From Harriotta raleighana (taxonomy: Eukaryota): a stretch of DNA of 64,000 nucleotides. Positions within the stretch are counted from its first letter, which is position 1; every line of letters starts with the position of its first letter. Below the pieces are notes generated by a model. The model did not search any database. It saw only the letters and a list, made by a program, of their open reading frames with translations, and had not been told where the DNA came from. Both the position numbers and the translations under genes were made by a program. The DNA lies in contig JBNZDD010013620.1 of assembly GCA_050575255.1 (NCBI GenBank), forward strand, positions 1,258,274-1,322,273, in the 5' to 3' direction. Positions 23,540 to 36,627 of this stretch are shown here, in pieces.

Positions 23540-24170
23540 TTTAAGCGGCATCTTCAGAGCAGCTCCAAGAGGAGAAGGTTTGAGGTGTGACATGATTATC
23601 GTCTTTAAGATTCTAAAGGGAATAGATAATGTAGAACACAATAAGGTGTATAAACTGTCATAATAAGCTCTCCTCAATCTCTCTGTTATGCCCCCTTATC
23701 AAGTCCTGCCTAAGAACCTTCCTCTTCGACCATGTTTACGGCCACCTCCCCTCCACTTCCTGGCTCAGAGTCAGGCTTCCACTATTAAGTGCTCTGAGAC
23801 ACTACATGGGGGGGTTGGGGGGGGGGGGGCGGGGGTTGCAAAATAAGTGCAAGTTGTTGTTTTATCTTGAACTGATAAGTGGAACCGGAGGACATGGCCT
23901 GCGATTGAAGGGGGATTAACTTAGAACAAATCTGCTGAAACACTACTTCCGTGAGAAAGTAATAAACAAATGGCTCTCTAGGGAGACAGCGGAAGCAGAA
24001 AATCTTTGTTCATTCAAGAACAAATTTGATAGATTTATGTTAAAAAAAAATCTTGGGATTCAATACACAGTTTGGGACGCGACATGTCATGCGATTATCA
24101 GGATGGTGGAAGGGGAACTGGATGAACTTTGGTATTCTTTCACCTAGGAAATTCTTATGTTCTTAACTAC
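23540..24170 (+). mobile_element. CR1 3' fragment interrupted by an L2 3' end (about 23665-23862)
   Basis: RRRLRCDMIIVFKILKGIDNV, then an L2 tail 'ccttcctcttcgaccatg...gtgcaagttgttgtt', then TGGHGLRL...YFREKVINKW. Confidence 0.7.
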
Positions 24171-24339
24171 CCTATGAAACCAGGGACAAATAAGCATTCT
24201 TCATGTGTAAACCAAAATAATGAATGCCAGCAACTTATTTCAACAATGCAGGAAATGATAGCTGAATCCAATTCTGTTCTGACCTGACCAGACTTATACT
24301 GTTGTACATGTCCATATTTTCCATAAGGAGTCTTTGACG

Positions 24340-24625
24340 TTGGACAGAAACCATAAGTGGATCATTCTTCTCATCCAGCCCGGAGGGACCAAAGCCAATT
24401 GAAGTGCCTCATTGCTGTTCCCAACTGAGAAGTTAACTCAGAACATATTAGGGATCAAATCTGGTACCGTCTGGCTTTTATGGCTTAGTTTAAGATTAAG
24501 TAGAGGCTTTGACAACTGGGCCATTCCCTCAGCTCACACCAGGGAATTGAACCTGTGACCTGTAGCTCTGTATTGCTCACTTTCACATTAAGCAATGTAT
24601 TTGCAACTGAGCCATCCAGGGCAAC
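24340..24625 (-). mobile_element. Ancient SINE, LF-SINE/AmnSINE2-like, with two tRNA-like head units
   Basis: 'gagggaccaaagccaattg...cattgctgttcccaactgagaagttaactcag' plus two degenerate 'gggaattgaacctg...caactgagccatcc' heads. Family name is from recall only. Confidence 0.4.
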
Positions 24626-24814
24626 TAATGAGGTAAGGAAGGGTTGACAAAGTAGTAATCCACACTGATGATCTCAAAGTCCCAACAATTGAATCCACAA
24701 CCTCATGACTCAAAAGACGGGAGTTGTATCAACTGAGTCAAGTTGACACACAAAGCTTGATACATTAATCTTCAAAAGCCAACAGTAATACACTATTATG
24801 CATCATGTAATTTT

Positions 24815-25993
24815 TTGGCAATTGCAATCCAAACTCAAACCCCAAATGTAGTCAGCTCTACAATGAAAGCTTTCTGTAGTACCAGTGGCTCATACAGTAT
24901 ATACAGGTAGTACCAAAATAATCCTTGTAAAGTATTTCATTCATATAAGGTAGAAATGGCCAGAGGCACAGTAAAACGATTGAAAGCCAAGTTGGGAGAG
25001 GCAATAAGCCCTCTCCCACCATCAGCCCAAGAATGGATTCAAAATGCATCTCCCCATGTTTCTTACACACTCCATAAGAAATATGTATTCTATGTTACAT
25101 ATATAAACATCATCATTGCTACCCGCATGAAGAGCACTATTAAATGCAATTTGTTATTGTATTTCCAATAATAGCTTTAATAAATCAATATAGCTCTTAA
25201 TCTAAACACTATGTTCAGTGTTAATCGCATTGGCTTCAACAACAACATTCAACTTGCATATATATGGCTCCCTTCATATGGGGGTAGGGTTCCGGAGCAC
25301 TTTTTATTTTATTTAAAGATATGGTTAAGTGAATTGTCTACATTGAGTAAATTGGTGATGGACAAACCCATTTTGTTACTTTCTGAAGGCTTTCGTCTGC
25401 AACATTTCACTTTGTCTAACTACAACATTGATCAAAATAATTTGCTAACAAAAGACAAGGAAATGTGCAAAACAGGATAAAGTACAACTGATATTGCAAT
25501 AATTAGACTTTCACATCTGCTCTTGCCAAAGACAAAATTCTCTACTAAAATCCATAACACATTAAATGTGTAGGCTGATGAAACTTTAAGTTGCCTTTGC
25601 ATAAGCTGGTGCTTGACGTAAGTTATTGTAATTGTGTGCAAAGAGAATGTATAAACAGAGGTATTCAAAATTAAAAGAAGGAAATTGTATCTATGTGTGT
25701 GATAACCAAATTGACTTATTGTCATGGTCAGAGCAAAGCATGGATAGTCTTGTGATGATGTCCAGAACAAGAATAGGTCCCAAACATTTTATTCATGATT
25801 GATAAGATTTATTACATAAATGTATATTACATTTGTTTTTACAATAAAACATTTGAAAACTCTGTTTCACTTTTACAATAAAAGTGTAGCCAGTGTAGCT
25901 ATATATACCCGGGAAGACAAAAGCATAGAAGATATTGGATCTCTGTTCTACAGATTGGAATCTACTCTCTGCCATTTCTGTACCTTTGCAGTA
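24815..25993 (-). pseudogene. Group of fossil exons (about 25919-25993, 25320-25444, 24815-25075) with Cys-anchored repeats
   Basis: YCKGTEMAESRFQ...SNIFYAF; YFDQCC...KCCR...GLSITNL.NV; SWADGGRG...LSQLGFQSFYCASGHFYL. AG acceptors at 25994-95 and 25445-46. Confidence 0.45.
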
Positions 25994-26659
25994 CTGATCA
26001 TAAATTATTAAACTAAAATGGTCAATGTGAGCTAGGTTATCTGGGAATCCAAAATTACTGCATTCAATCTTTAGAACAGTTAGTAGCACTCCTGCCAAGT
26101 CTGAAGGTTGTGTGTTCAAGGCCAATATTAGGACTTGGGTTCATCATTTAATTTGACACTCCACTATAGTGCTGAGATTGTAGCTTTGTTGAATGCAATG
26201 TTAAACTAAGATTTTGCCTTCCTGTTCTGGTGGACATTACAGATCCATGTGTCAAAAAGAAAAGGGGAGTTTCTCTCGGTGTTCTGGCCAACAATCCCCA
26301 AGATTAAATTGGCTATTCTGTTTACAACTGTCTGTGGGGCATTTTACTGTTCACAAATTAGCTGCCAAATTGACCAACAAAACGCACATTTGCTATGATT
26401 TACATAATACAGTACTGGAAACATGGAAACATTGACATGATAAGGAATGTAATTGCAAAGATTATTTTTTGTCATTGTTAGTTGTGCATGATCTATTAGT
26501 TCCTCTTTTCTAAAGCATTTAGGACAATTCCACAATAGAATTGTTTTTACACAATCACTCCATTCTGCAGTAAATCCTATGAAGTGTTTTGAGATCTTTC
26601 AAGGACATATTAAGGTGCAATATCAAGTGTCAAATTGAAAACGTACACTCAAAACAATG

Positions 26660-26965
26660 ATAATAATCTTTGCATTTGATATAGTGTCTTATCACATCTT
26701 TGAGACTTCTGAAAGTGCTTCACAGAATATGCTGTAAAGTGAATTGATTATATATTTCGTGGGCAGAATGCAGCAGCCAATTGTGCACAGCAGTGTCCCA
26801 CAAACAATCATGGATTGAGACCAAATTATTTTAATTTATTTTTGAAGCCAATCGACTATCCACCAGGTTCCTACTTAATGCTAGGTAAACAGAGAGTTTA
26901 GGAGTACGGAAACTTGCTCGACGTTTTACGCTGCCCGCAAATCAATCCCAGGTCCTCTTGCTTCT
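26660..26965 (-). mobile_element. tRNA-derived SINE (longer subfamily)
   Basis: Tail, Deu-like body and extra segment as at 21660-22026. Confidence 0.8.
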
Positions 26966-27489
26966 CAGTCTTAGATACATTATCCTCAACTCATAGTGTT
27001 GTTCAAAGTACTTTACAGAACTTGCCACTAAATACCTCTTTTCAATATGTGAACGTTCAACTTTGCCACTTACATTACGTGTTCAATTTGGAAAGTAATT
27101 CTACCAAAGACTTTTTCCACTCACCTCCCTACCCCTCATTTGTCACAATCCTACTACTGTAGTTATTTCAGAAATGCCATTTTATCTTTTTTTGGCACTG
27201 AATATTGACACAATATAAATCTATGGAGTTTTTCTAGAATTTAATATTTAAATATTTCATTAACTTAGGTTAGCCCAATTGATTGAGAGCCCAATAAAAT
27301 TAGTTTATTGCTCTGCAAATGACAAACTGAAGTAAAGTCAGTACAAAATAAATTCTGAAGGCTCCACTATGGCTGACATTAATTATCTCTCCATAGATTT
27401 ATACCTTGGCCTTTCATATATGTTACCATTAAACCTGTGGGTTCATAAAAAGAGATTAAAAGGACGAAGATGGGATATGTTTTTGTACA

Positions 27490-27684
27490 TGGGAATACTG
27501 TCATCTCAGGAAATGGTTAGAAGAGTCCATTTTAGAAAAATGTCAAATCAGATCTTACATAATCCAGACTTGACCGCAAATTAATTAGAAGTTGGAAGAA
27601 CTAATCTTTACAATCTTAAATTTGATCTAGAGCATTACTTCCCATGACACCAAAGGAAACTCTACTCATATACTGCCATGGAAT
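27490..27684 (-). pseudogene. Fossil exon, Cys-anchored repeat
   Basis: gtgtttaAG| then IPWQYMSRVS / WCHG / SNALDQ / FKIVK..LICGQV across frameshifts. Confidence 0.35.
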
Positions 27685-27802
27685 CTTAAACACACATTTG
27701 ATTAGGTAGAGGGAGATTAATTTAACAAGGAACCTTTGTTTCAATACACAACTGTGGGTTACTGTTGTTTGCAATTGCTTGCTGCAATTTGCCCACAAAA
27801 TA

Positions 27803-28692
27803 CAGTAAAACCTCGTTTATCCATGACTCGAATAATCGGAAAACCCGTTCAACCGCCATCTCAAAAGAAAAGTCNAGATCCGACTAACAGGAAGTTATTC
27901 GGCGACGCGTTGAATGTCGGGTCTAAACTCGTTCCGGGTCCTTTTAAAAGTTGTGTTTTTTATTTTTCCTTGTTTGGATGGATGAATGCCTGTCGTTGGG
28001 AAGTTAAGTATTGTAAGTATTGTATTTAATGAATACTGCTGCAGGTAGCAGCCAGAGAGAGAGGGAAGAAGCGGGAGGGGGGGGGAAGGGGGGGAATGGA
28101 GGGGAGGAAACGGAGAAAGAGAGGGGGAGGAAATGGAGAGAAAGAGAGGTGGGGATGAGATATGGGGAAAGGGAGAGAGAGAGATAGGGGAAAGCATAAT
28201 GGAGTGAGCGAGAGAGAGAGAGAGATAGGGGAAAGCATAATGGAGTGAGAGAGATAGAAATGGCAGCAGGTTGCTGCAGAGAGAGAAAGAGGGAGGGAGA
28301 GAGAGAGGGCAAAGGGTGGGGGGTGAGATTTGTGGACAGAATTTATATGATGGATTCAGACTGAATATCTTTGAGGATCTGTGTCTGTCTGTGTGTCTAT
28401 GTGTGTGTCTATGAGTGCTGGCCATTAGGTCTAAACTTGTTGCTTTTTAAAGTCGAGTTTTTTACCTACCGTCGAATCCGGTGCTGCAATTGCGAAGTTA
28501 AGTATAAATAATAATGTACTAATAGAATATTCTGTTATTATTTAGTCAATTATTAATATGGTATGTGTTAAAATAATTTTAATTTTTTGGGGGAAAAAAA
28601 ATATTTAATTTTTTAAAATCCATTCAACCGGAAAAAACGTTTAACCGCCACTGGCCAGGTCCTGTGGGTGCCGGATAAACGGGGTTTTACTC
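27803..28692 (+). mobile_element. Non-autonomous Tc1/mariner-pogo MITE with a GA-rich interior, nested in a SINE
   Basis: TA|CAGTAAAACCTCGTTTATCC ... GGATAAACGGGGTTTTACT TIRs. The SINE body stops at 'gcccacaaaata' and resumes at 'agtcaattc...tattctgtgaagtgctttg'. Confidence 0.85.
28053..28325. repeat. Purine-rich (GA/GGA) low-complexity tract with a duplicated 'gagagatagggg aaagcataatggagtga' unit
   Basis: Directly visible. Confidence 0.9.
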
Positions 28693-29332
28693 TTTAGTCA
28701 ATTCAGTTGACCGTATATTCTGTGAAGTGCTTTGAAAACGTGACAAGGCACCAAATCAAATACATGGATTATTAACATTTCATTATAAAGCTTCTCCAAT
28801 CTTAATCTTTTAGGGTTAGGTTTGGGTCTCGGTTAGGCTATAACAGCAGAGACGGGGCTTTTACTGTAGGGAGCTTTCTTTCTGATGTGATATTAAATAT
28901 GTTCCAATTAGAGCTCAAATTGTAGAGGGCAGGAGCTCACTCATTACTTTTTTTTCCAGGAGTGGGATGAGGTGGGGAACGGAGACTGCTTTTGTCATTT
29001 ATGGGATTTGTAGAGCCTTGGGGATGCAACTAATTTTTCTTAGCAGTGTCCCACAAACAGTCATGGATTGAGTGACCAAAGTATTATTGTTTTGTTTTTT
29101 TTAAAATTATTTTCCCCGGAAAAGAGTTCCTCCAATTACTTACTGCTAGGTAAACAGAGGTGTGTGGAGTAAGGAAACTTGCTGGACCAACATTTCACCC
29201 TGCTGGGAATAGAACCCAGGTCTCTCGGTTGCGAGGCCGAGAGCTCTAACCACTGAGCCACGGGATTAAATATCTGGAATGTTAACAGTATTGAGTCTTT
29301 CATTTGGATAAGAGAGGTATGGAGTCACTCAC

Positions 29333-29620
29333 TTTTGAGTTTACTTTGTACCAAGACATGTCCATATAATGAAGCAGAATTGGAAACATTGATATGAAAC
29401 AATCTCTAAAAGGTGCCATACCATTTTTGTTTTCAAACCCACTGGCACCCATTCTGGCAAATCAGATTTCTGTGAGGCTTGCGTTGTGCAGTGAGAGGAA
29501 AACATTCAAGCTTTAAATCCCCCTGTTCAATTTCCTCCATGCTTTTCTGTGGTGCTGTCCATACAATGCATAATTTACAATTTAAAATATTATTTTTCCA
29601 AAGCTCAGCTCTGATGAACT
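29333..29620 (-). pseudogene. Fossil exon, Cys-anchored repeat (288 nt, phase 1-1, two in-frame stops)
   Basis: gtatgtatttAG|agttc...ctcaaaa|GTGAGT. Reads ...LKLECFPLT...LICQNGCQWV*KQKWYGTF*RLFHINV...YGHVLVQSKL. Confidence 0.55.
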
Positions 29621-31274
29621 CTAAATACATACACAGTCACACATACATACACACACATATTTCATTTTGTGCATTTGGAAGCCTTGTCTCTCCTAGTTTC
29701 TGAACAGTCCAGCTCTCTTTGAACTAGGGTATTTGGTGCAGGTTCAAGTGTGCAGTTTGCTGGTTGTGGAGTTCAGGATACAATTTTGGGAGAGCGCTGT
29801 GTGAGGAAGACACATCTTTCGGGTGAAACTTTAAAGGTCCCGTCTATCTGTTCAGATGAACATTAAAGATTACATGGTACTATTCGGAAAGAAAACAGAC
29901 ATTCTCATGGTTTCTTGGCCAACAAACCCCAGAAAATCACTTCATAAGTGTTTATGGCACACTGCAATGTGGAAATTGGCCGGTATATTTGCCTGTAAAA
30001 TATAGACATTACAATTTACTTTATTAAGTTCCAAGAGTTCCTCCCAATGTAAAAATTGTCAGTTATTGAATGCTGAGGTCTACCTGACTCACTCAATTGC
30101 TTGCAATCTTCTCATATTTAAATCTATGATTCTTCTTATCAATTGAATTAATATGGTGAAACCATCTTTCACGTAAATCTTTGTGTCTGAAACTTGAAAT
30201 AAAGGCTCCCCTCAAATCATGGAAAGATGTGTGATTCAGCACTTCACAGTACAGTATAAACTGTAAAGTGTAGAGATTGTATTTTGTAGGCCAATACACT
30301 GAGGACAACAACAACAACAAAATTACACTTGTATAGCGTCTTTCACGTCAGGAGGATGTCCCAAGGCGTTATACATTGATATACTGAAATATTAACAATT
30401 TGCTCCTCTGAAAATTGCAAAGTGAGATTATGATTTGGGCACTCTTCGTTTTTTATATTGGGATGAATAAACTGAAGAGCTATTGTCTTAAATTAGATTT
30501 TTCTTCCAACTACATCACATAAACATTTTTACCATGGTTACGGAGATGCAGATGAGTTGAAATGAAATGACACAATGGAGACAACAACAACAAAATTATA
30601 TTTGTAGAGCGCCTTTCATGTAGAGAGGACGTCCCAAGGCACTGAGACCAGAGGAGAGGCAAGGTTACATATTAAATGATAAAAGTTTCCTTGTCTGTCA
30701 GAAAAGCAAGAGGTACAAAAGCCCACTAACCCCCGCACTGCCACCAGAATTGACGGCTTAACTAATGCTGGGTTTTTATAAAGAATCACATAACAGAGAA
30801 AACACAGTTTCTTGGACATTGCTTTCGGAATCAGTTACTAAAATTACGAGATCAAAGGAGATTACTGAAGCTCAAAATAATTCTCCATTCTGGATGGTGT
30901 AAAGCACGAACATTTTCTCTGCAATATTGTTCTCAGTATTTGATATGCCAATAGGTGGGGATAAATAATTCCAAAAAAAACCACATGTGCAGAGGGAAAT
31001 TGCGAGCACAGGGTGAGAAGAAAAAGCTATTTATTTGAGCAGCTTGACAATACCCTTAATAGAAAATGTTTTGCTTCCAATGCATAGAAAATAAATCCAA
31101 GGAGTCCTTCAGGTCTAAAACAAATGTGAGGAAATTGCATTGAAATCATTCGATTACTTCTTCAGGTACATTATTTAATCTGTATTAGTTAAACTGGTGT
31201 AATCTGAAGAATTACATTTGGATAAATGATGTTAACTGGCACAATTGGTGAGTATGTTCTCTCATTCATTAAAC

Positions 31275-31510
31275 CTTTCTTCTTATCGAGTCAGTAATGG
31301 AATCAGTCTGCCAACAGTAATGTACAGCAATGTAGATTCAACTGCTTCACCTCATACAAGATGGTCTGCCTCTCGTTGAAACTGAGACAAATGTGTAAAC
31401 ACAGCATAGTGCGTCAAAAGCATCCCTCCCCATTAAAATCACATTAGCTTTTCTTTTACTTGGCCATTAGACAAATAATGGGATTTAACTCGATATTTAA
31501 AATAATAGAC
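31275..31510 (-). pseudogene. Possible fossil exon, Cys-anchored repeat
   Basis: catatctAG| then VYYFKY...DFNGEG...HLSQFQRE; heavily degraded. Confidence 0.3.
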
Positions 31511-31735
31511 CTAGATATGCTGGAGGCAGATTAACAACCAATTTCCTTCCCCCCTCTTCCCCTCCACTACCCTTCATAATTCTCATACCATGAAGTCAGT
31601 TCACATATTTGACTTCTGGTTTGTAGCTTTTACAAAACCAAATAATCAAGAATAAAGCCACAATCGCACAAATCAACTGTGGCCCACACATCAAATCCAT
31701 GGCTCAATTTACTAGCATTGGTGTTGAGAATAATA

Positions 31736-32170
31736 CAGTAAAACCTTGTTCATCCATGACTCAATGAACCGGAAAATCCGTTCAACCGCCATCTCCAAAA
31801 AAATGTCCCGATTCGATGAACCGGAAGTTATCCGTCAAATAGTGATGACGCGTTTAATGACTTGACTGTCGCACGCGAGTAATGGTGCAGGTACTCGTGG
31901 CTGGCCGCTCGACGGGTCTAAACTCGCTCCTGCTGCTTTTAAAATCGCGTATTTTTTACCTCCGTCGGGTGAGGGCTCCCGTTGCGAAGTTAAGTATAAA
32001 TAATAAAGTACTGATACAATATTCTGTTATTATTTAGTCTATTATTAATATGGTACGTGTTGACATAATTATAATTGTTTTTTTTTAAAATTAAAAATCC
32101 GTTCAACCGGAAAACCGTTTAACCGCCACTGGCCAGGTCCTGTGGATGCCGGATAAACAGGGTTTTACTG
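31736..32170 (+). mobile_element. Complete Tc1/mariner-pogo MITE (435 bp)
   Basis: TA|CAGTAAAACCTTGTTCATCC ... GGATAAACAGGGTTTTACTG|TA, with TIRs and a TA target duplication on both sides. Confidence 0.9.
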
Positions 32171-33177
32171 TATCGGGAAGTGGGGTGGTGGGGGAAAGAA
32201 AAAGAGAAGGCTCCAACGCATGTAGATAACTCCTATTTAATACTTGGTCACTTCTAAATTGAGTGCAGTTATTCCCCCATATCCATTAATTTCAGCAGAA
32301 ACCCCATAACTGACAAATAACAGCAATGTGCATTTATATAGCGCTGTTTACGTTGTGTAGCGTCCCAGAGCGATTCACAAAGCCTGAGTCTGACAACAAG
32401 CCAAGGGGAGACGGAGGTTGAAGTGACCATACGCATGATCAAAAAGGAAGGTTTTTAGCCGAGAGGGAGAGCGCAAGCGGAGGGATTGAAGGAGAGAGTT
32501 CTAGAGTTTTGGGGTAGCTGAAGGCATAGCCACAGATGGGGGAATGGAGGACGTGAGGGAAACGATAGGAAGCAGCTGAGCAGGAGCAGCGAGTGGTAAA
32601 CAGGTCGGATATATCCCTTTCTTAAACTCTCTGTCTGGTCACTGATTCTGAGATGATTAATGGTGCACATCTTACAAGGTTAGTAATTTGAAGGAAATGA
32701 TAAATTGATACAATAAAACAAATAAAAGGGTTATTATGAGTAGTAGCACAATAATAATAGTCCTTGCATTTGATTTAGAGCCTTTCATGTTGAATGAATG
32801 TCTGAAAGCGCTTCACAGGCTAAACAGTACTGTAAAGTCTAGGGGTGGTGCATTTTGTAGGTGGCAGGTTTTGTTGCCCACAAAAATGTCGCACAAACCA
32901 TCACCAATTTTAACGAGGGGATGTTTGGCGAGGAAATAGAGAACAACTCTGGTTGCTGTTCAACTAATGCCACCACCATCAACAATGCAGCGAATCATAA
33001 CAACAACAAAATTCCATTTGGATCGCGCCTTTCATGTCAGGAGCACATCCCAAGGCACTGGACAGTCAGAGATAGTCAGGAATCTGCACCCGAGCTTTAT
33101 AGTTGGGATCAGGAGGGGTAGGAGTAGGAGTGTGACCAAAAGTATGGTCAAAGAAGAGGGGTCTTGATGGAGACAAG

Positions 33178-34210
33178 GAACAACAACAAAATTACATTGT
33201 GTAGCGCATTTCACATCAGGAGGACATCGCAAAGCGCTGAACAGTCAGGTCGGGACCCGAGCAGTGGGGGAGGGTCGGGGATAGGGGGAGGGGGAAAGAG
33301 AGTGAGAGTGAGAGAGAGGAAAGAGTCAGGAGGGGAGCCGAAGGCATGGTCGAAGAAGATGAGGTGTAGGAACTGTGGGATGGAGTTCCAGAGGGGTGGG
33401 GATAGAGAGGCTGAAATCCCGCCTGCCAATCATGAGTGGGTACTTGAAGCAGGCCGGAGCCCACTAAGTGGAAGGAGCAGACAGGTTGGTAGAGGGTTAG
33501 GAGTTCACAGGATAGAGAGGAGCAAAGCTGTGGAGGACTTTGAAGGTAAGGAGCAGGATCTTGAACTGTATCCTCTGAAGGGGAGGGAGCCAGTGGAGCC
33601 GAGCGAGGATGGAACAGTTTGCATAGATGAGCCTGGATGTGGTGAATGCATGGATGAGGGTCTTGATAGACCTTAGTGAGAGACTGTGGTGGAGCCGTAC
33701 AATGCTGTAGTGGTGTGGAAAAGCAGAGTGTATCCCGGCATGAATGTGGGGGAATGAAGGAAAGTTGAGGATCAAACATGACTCTAAGGTTCCATATTGG
33801 ACCCGTGAGGTGTAGAGGCATCCATGGAGAGTGATCCTTTCACCTTCTGCAGTTATGGAGGTGAGGGCCGGAGAAGAAGCCCTTAGTGGATACATAGTGG
33901 AGATGGTGGGAAGGGTAGATTTAAATCAGGCTGGGGCACATCCATGAAGGTTGAACTGCGAGGAGAGGCGGTGAAAAAGGATAGAATGGTCGACAGTGTT
34001 GAAGGCAGCAGCGAGCTTGAGAAGGACAAGGAGGCACTGAGAGCCTTGGTTCTAGATGGACAGAATGTCATCAGTGACTTTGACCAGAGATGTTTCTGTG
34101 CTGTGGGCAGCATGGAAACCTGATTGGTGATAGAGGAACGAGCAAAGCTGGGATGCAAGAACCTGTTCCAGGGTCTTGAAAGTAAAGGGAGGTTAGAGAC
34201 GGTGAGATAC
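33178..34210 (-). mobile_element. L2 LINE 3' portion (about 1 kb, internally deleted)
   Basis: VSNLPLLS, QSGFHAAHSTETSLVKVTDDIL, SAAFNTVDH, IKTLIHAFTTSRL, LHWLP..QRIQFKILLLTFK, and the L2 3' tail with (TTG)n. Confidence 0.9.
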
Positions 34211-34276
34211 ATAACTGTGTTGGAGTGTCAGCCTAGATGCTTTAAAATCTTCTTTTTCTTCTTGTATCTTTTACAC

Positions 34277-34530
34277 TCATAAAACAACAATGTCGGTCTG
34301 TGCTTCAAGAAGGATTTCAAAAATCGATTGACCCAGAGACATGATTTGAACTTCATCAGAATGGTCTTGTAACTGGAAATGACAAGGGCATATTTGGTTT
34401 TGTGCATCTCTTATCGTTCATAATTTGTTTTCTGTTTTGCATTTTGCGCTGCAGTTACACCTGTTGGCCACCAAGTCAAAGTTGTGCTGTGGCAACGTAT
34501 ATCACAGAACACAAATGCAGCCAAGCAATG
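34277..34530 (-). pseudogene. Possible fossil exon, Cys-anchored repeats
   Basis: DIRCHSTTLTWW ... SC..NRFLKSF...FYEC follows a long pyrimidine tract; boundaries unclear. Confidence 0.35.
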
Positions 34531-35141
34531 GGAACAAAATAAAGAAAACAGACAAAGTTAAGCCAAAGTTAACAACCACAAAATTACATTTTTAAAGTGC
34601 AGAGTCCTCCCACTGAGGCCTCCAAAAGGATTCCGTGCCTAAGTATCCTCCCAGATGAGAATAGATAAAGATGAAATGTCTGTCTGGATGTCAATCTAAA
34701 TTGCATATTGGATCCTTTGGTTGCAAACGTAGCTGCAACAGGTACAGCTAATTCTATGTTAAGTCCTGATGGGGCTTGAACCCATAATCCTCTGAGTTAC
34801 CCGTGTCAACACTGCCTGCCTATTGAGCCAGACTAGTAGTAGCAGTGATACAAGGCCAAAAATACTGCACAACTCAGAACCAGCGTACAAAGATCTGTNT
34901 TCTGAGTTACCCGTGTCAACACTTCCTGCCTATTGAGCCAGACTAGTAGTAGCAGTGGTACAAGGCCAAAAATACTGCACAACTCAGAACCAGCGTACAA
35001 AGATCTGTCATCAGATATATATGTCAATCACAACTACAATATACTTGTATTGACTCCTGCTCATGTTCCAGGATGATGATACAATTCAGCTTAGAAGAGG
35101 GAAAACTGATTCCATCCATCTTAGCGAACAAATATACTTAC

Positions 35142-35257
35142 CTCCAGTGGCAGTCATAGATGGTAGTTGTGTCACCCGCCTCTAAACTGATGGAGGATGT
35201 AGAGAGTTAAGCAGATTATAGGAAGCAAGAAAGATGAATAGTGCAGAAGATTCTGCT
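35142..35257 (-). pseudogene. Exon-like segment with very strong splice sites but a stop in every frame
   Basis: gatttttttccccAG|agcagaat...ccactggag|GTAAGT. Confidence 0.55.
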
Positions 35258-36261
35258 CTGGGGAAAAAAAATCTATTTCCTCAAAATCACATCTATTAAT
35301 ATTTTTTCATATTACTGTACTTACTCCCAGGCAAAATTACAAAAGCTGCCAGGACAAATGACTATTCCAATTGGATCCAAAGGGGGGAACTGAGTAATTG
35401 ATGAGCTTGAAATAGGAAAAAAAAGGAATATAACTCATAGTTCATATTGTCAATGAAGATTCATAATATTCATGAAGATACTGTACACATCAATATTGTC
35501 ATCTGAATTTATTAAATGAGAGAAGCAAGTTACTGAAAGGAGATGGATACAGTACACACTGTGTAGTGATAAGGCAAAAAAAAAAAGCCGATTAGCCAAA
35601 TTAGTTCATGCCAGTGTTAATACTCCACATGATTTCCTTACCCTTCTATTCCCCTCTCTAATCTTTATCCTCCATCTCCTTCAGCATGAATCATGTGTCC
35701 TTTTTAAATATATTGGTACTTTTGAATTATTTGCTATCATTTACCAACTTTGAGAAGATTGAATGAATTATTGAATCGTGAGAGGTGGGGGACTTGCATC
35801 ATTTGTCATACTATTACCATCATCCACTTTATTTTTACGTCAGGTTCTTTTCATCCCATCCCCATTTTTTGGCCAAACTCCTTCTCTTCCGATCCATCTG
35901 CTTTTCATTCCTTGAAGCTACTAATGATAAGGTTCAGATGTACAGAAAGAGATCTAGTGGCACGATTCAAAAAGAAAAGAGAGTTTCTCCCAATGCCTTG
36001 GCCAATAAATTCCAGATAAAATTGATCATGATTCACTTCATGGCTGGAAAGGGTATTGCTTTGTTAAATTGGTTGTGGCCATCAGCTGCAAAACACAGTC
36101 ATTACACTTCGTAATGTAACAGAAAATCTTGGGAAGTACTTAGGAGAAATTCTGACGATAAGTAAGGATCATAATTTATATTTTGTTGCCAACCCCTTCT
36201 TGCCCCTTTTTTACACCAGCCGTTTCTCTCCACTCCATTTTGAACACCAGTCACTGTAGTA

Positions 36262-36625
36262 TGTCAGCTTGTCTCAGTGGTAGCATTCTTACTTCTGGGT
36301 AACAAGGTTGGTTCAACTCACATGTCGGGACTTGAACTCACAAAGTTTACAGCGACACCCCAATATTACATTGCCGGAGATGCCAACCTTCGAATGAGGT
36401 TGTTAAACCAAGGTCCAATCCGCCTGTTCAAGTAGACATTAAAGATCCCATGGCAACATGAGAAAAGAATAGCGAGTTTTTCCCACTGTCGTGACCAACA
36501 CTCCCCCAAATAAAATTGGTCACTCATTTCATGACTGTACATGGGATATTACTGTGCTCAATTGTGCTGCTATATTTGCCTACAAATACATTGTCACTCC
36601 ATTCCACAATATTTCCTGTGATGCT
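36262..36625 (+). mobile_element. Old SacSINE/AmnSINE-like SINE, near full length
   Basis: tRNA-like head 'tctcagtggtagcattcttacttctg', 'ggagatgccaaccttcgaatgagg..ttaaaccaagg', 'aaagatcccatggca', Deu-like 'gggatattactgtgctcaattg'. Relatives at about 5090-5260, 18490-18860, 26050-26410, 29780-30010, 52970-53175 and 59020-59250. Confidence 0.7.
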
Positions 36626-36627
36626 CT

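Noticed and set aside
27895-28425. Ser/Pro/Leu-rich ORFs
   Set aside because: They are translations of a low-complexity GA tract.
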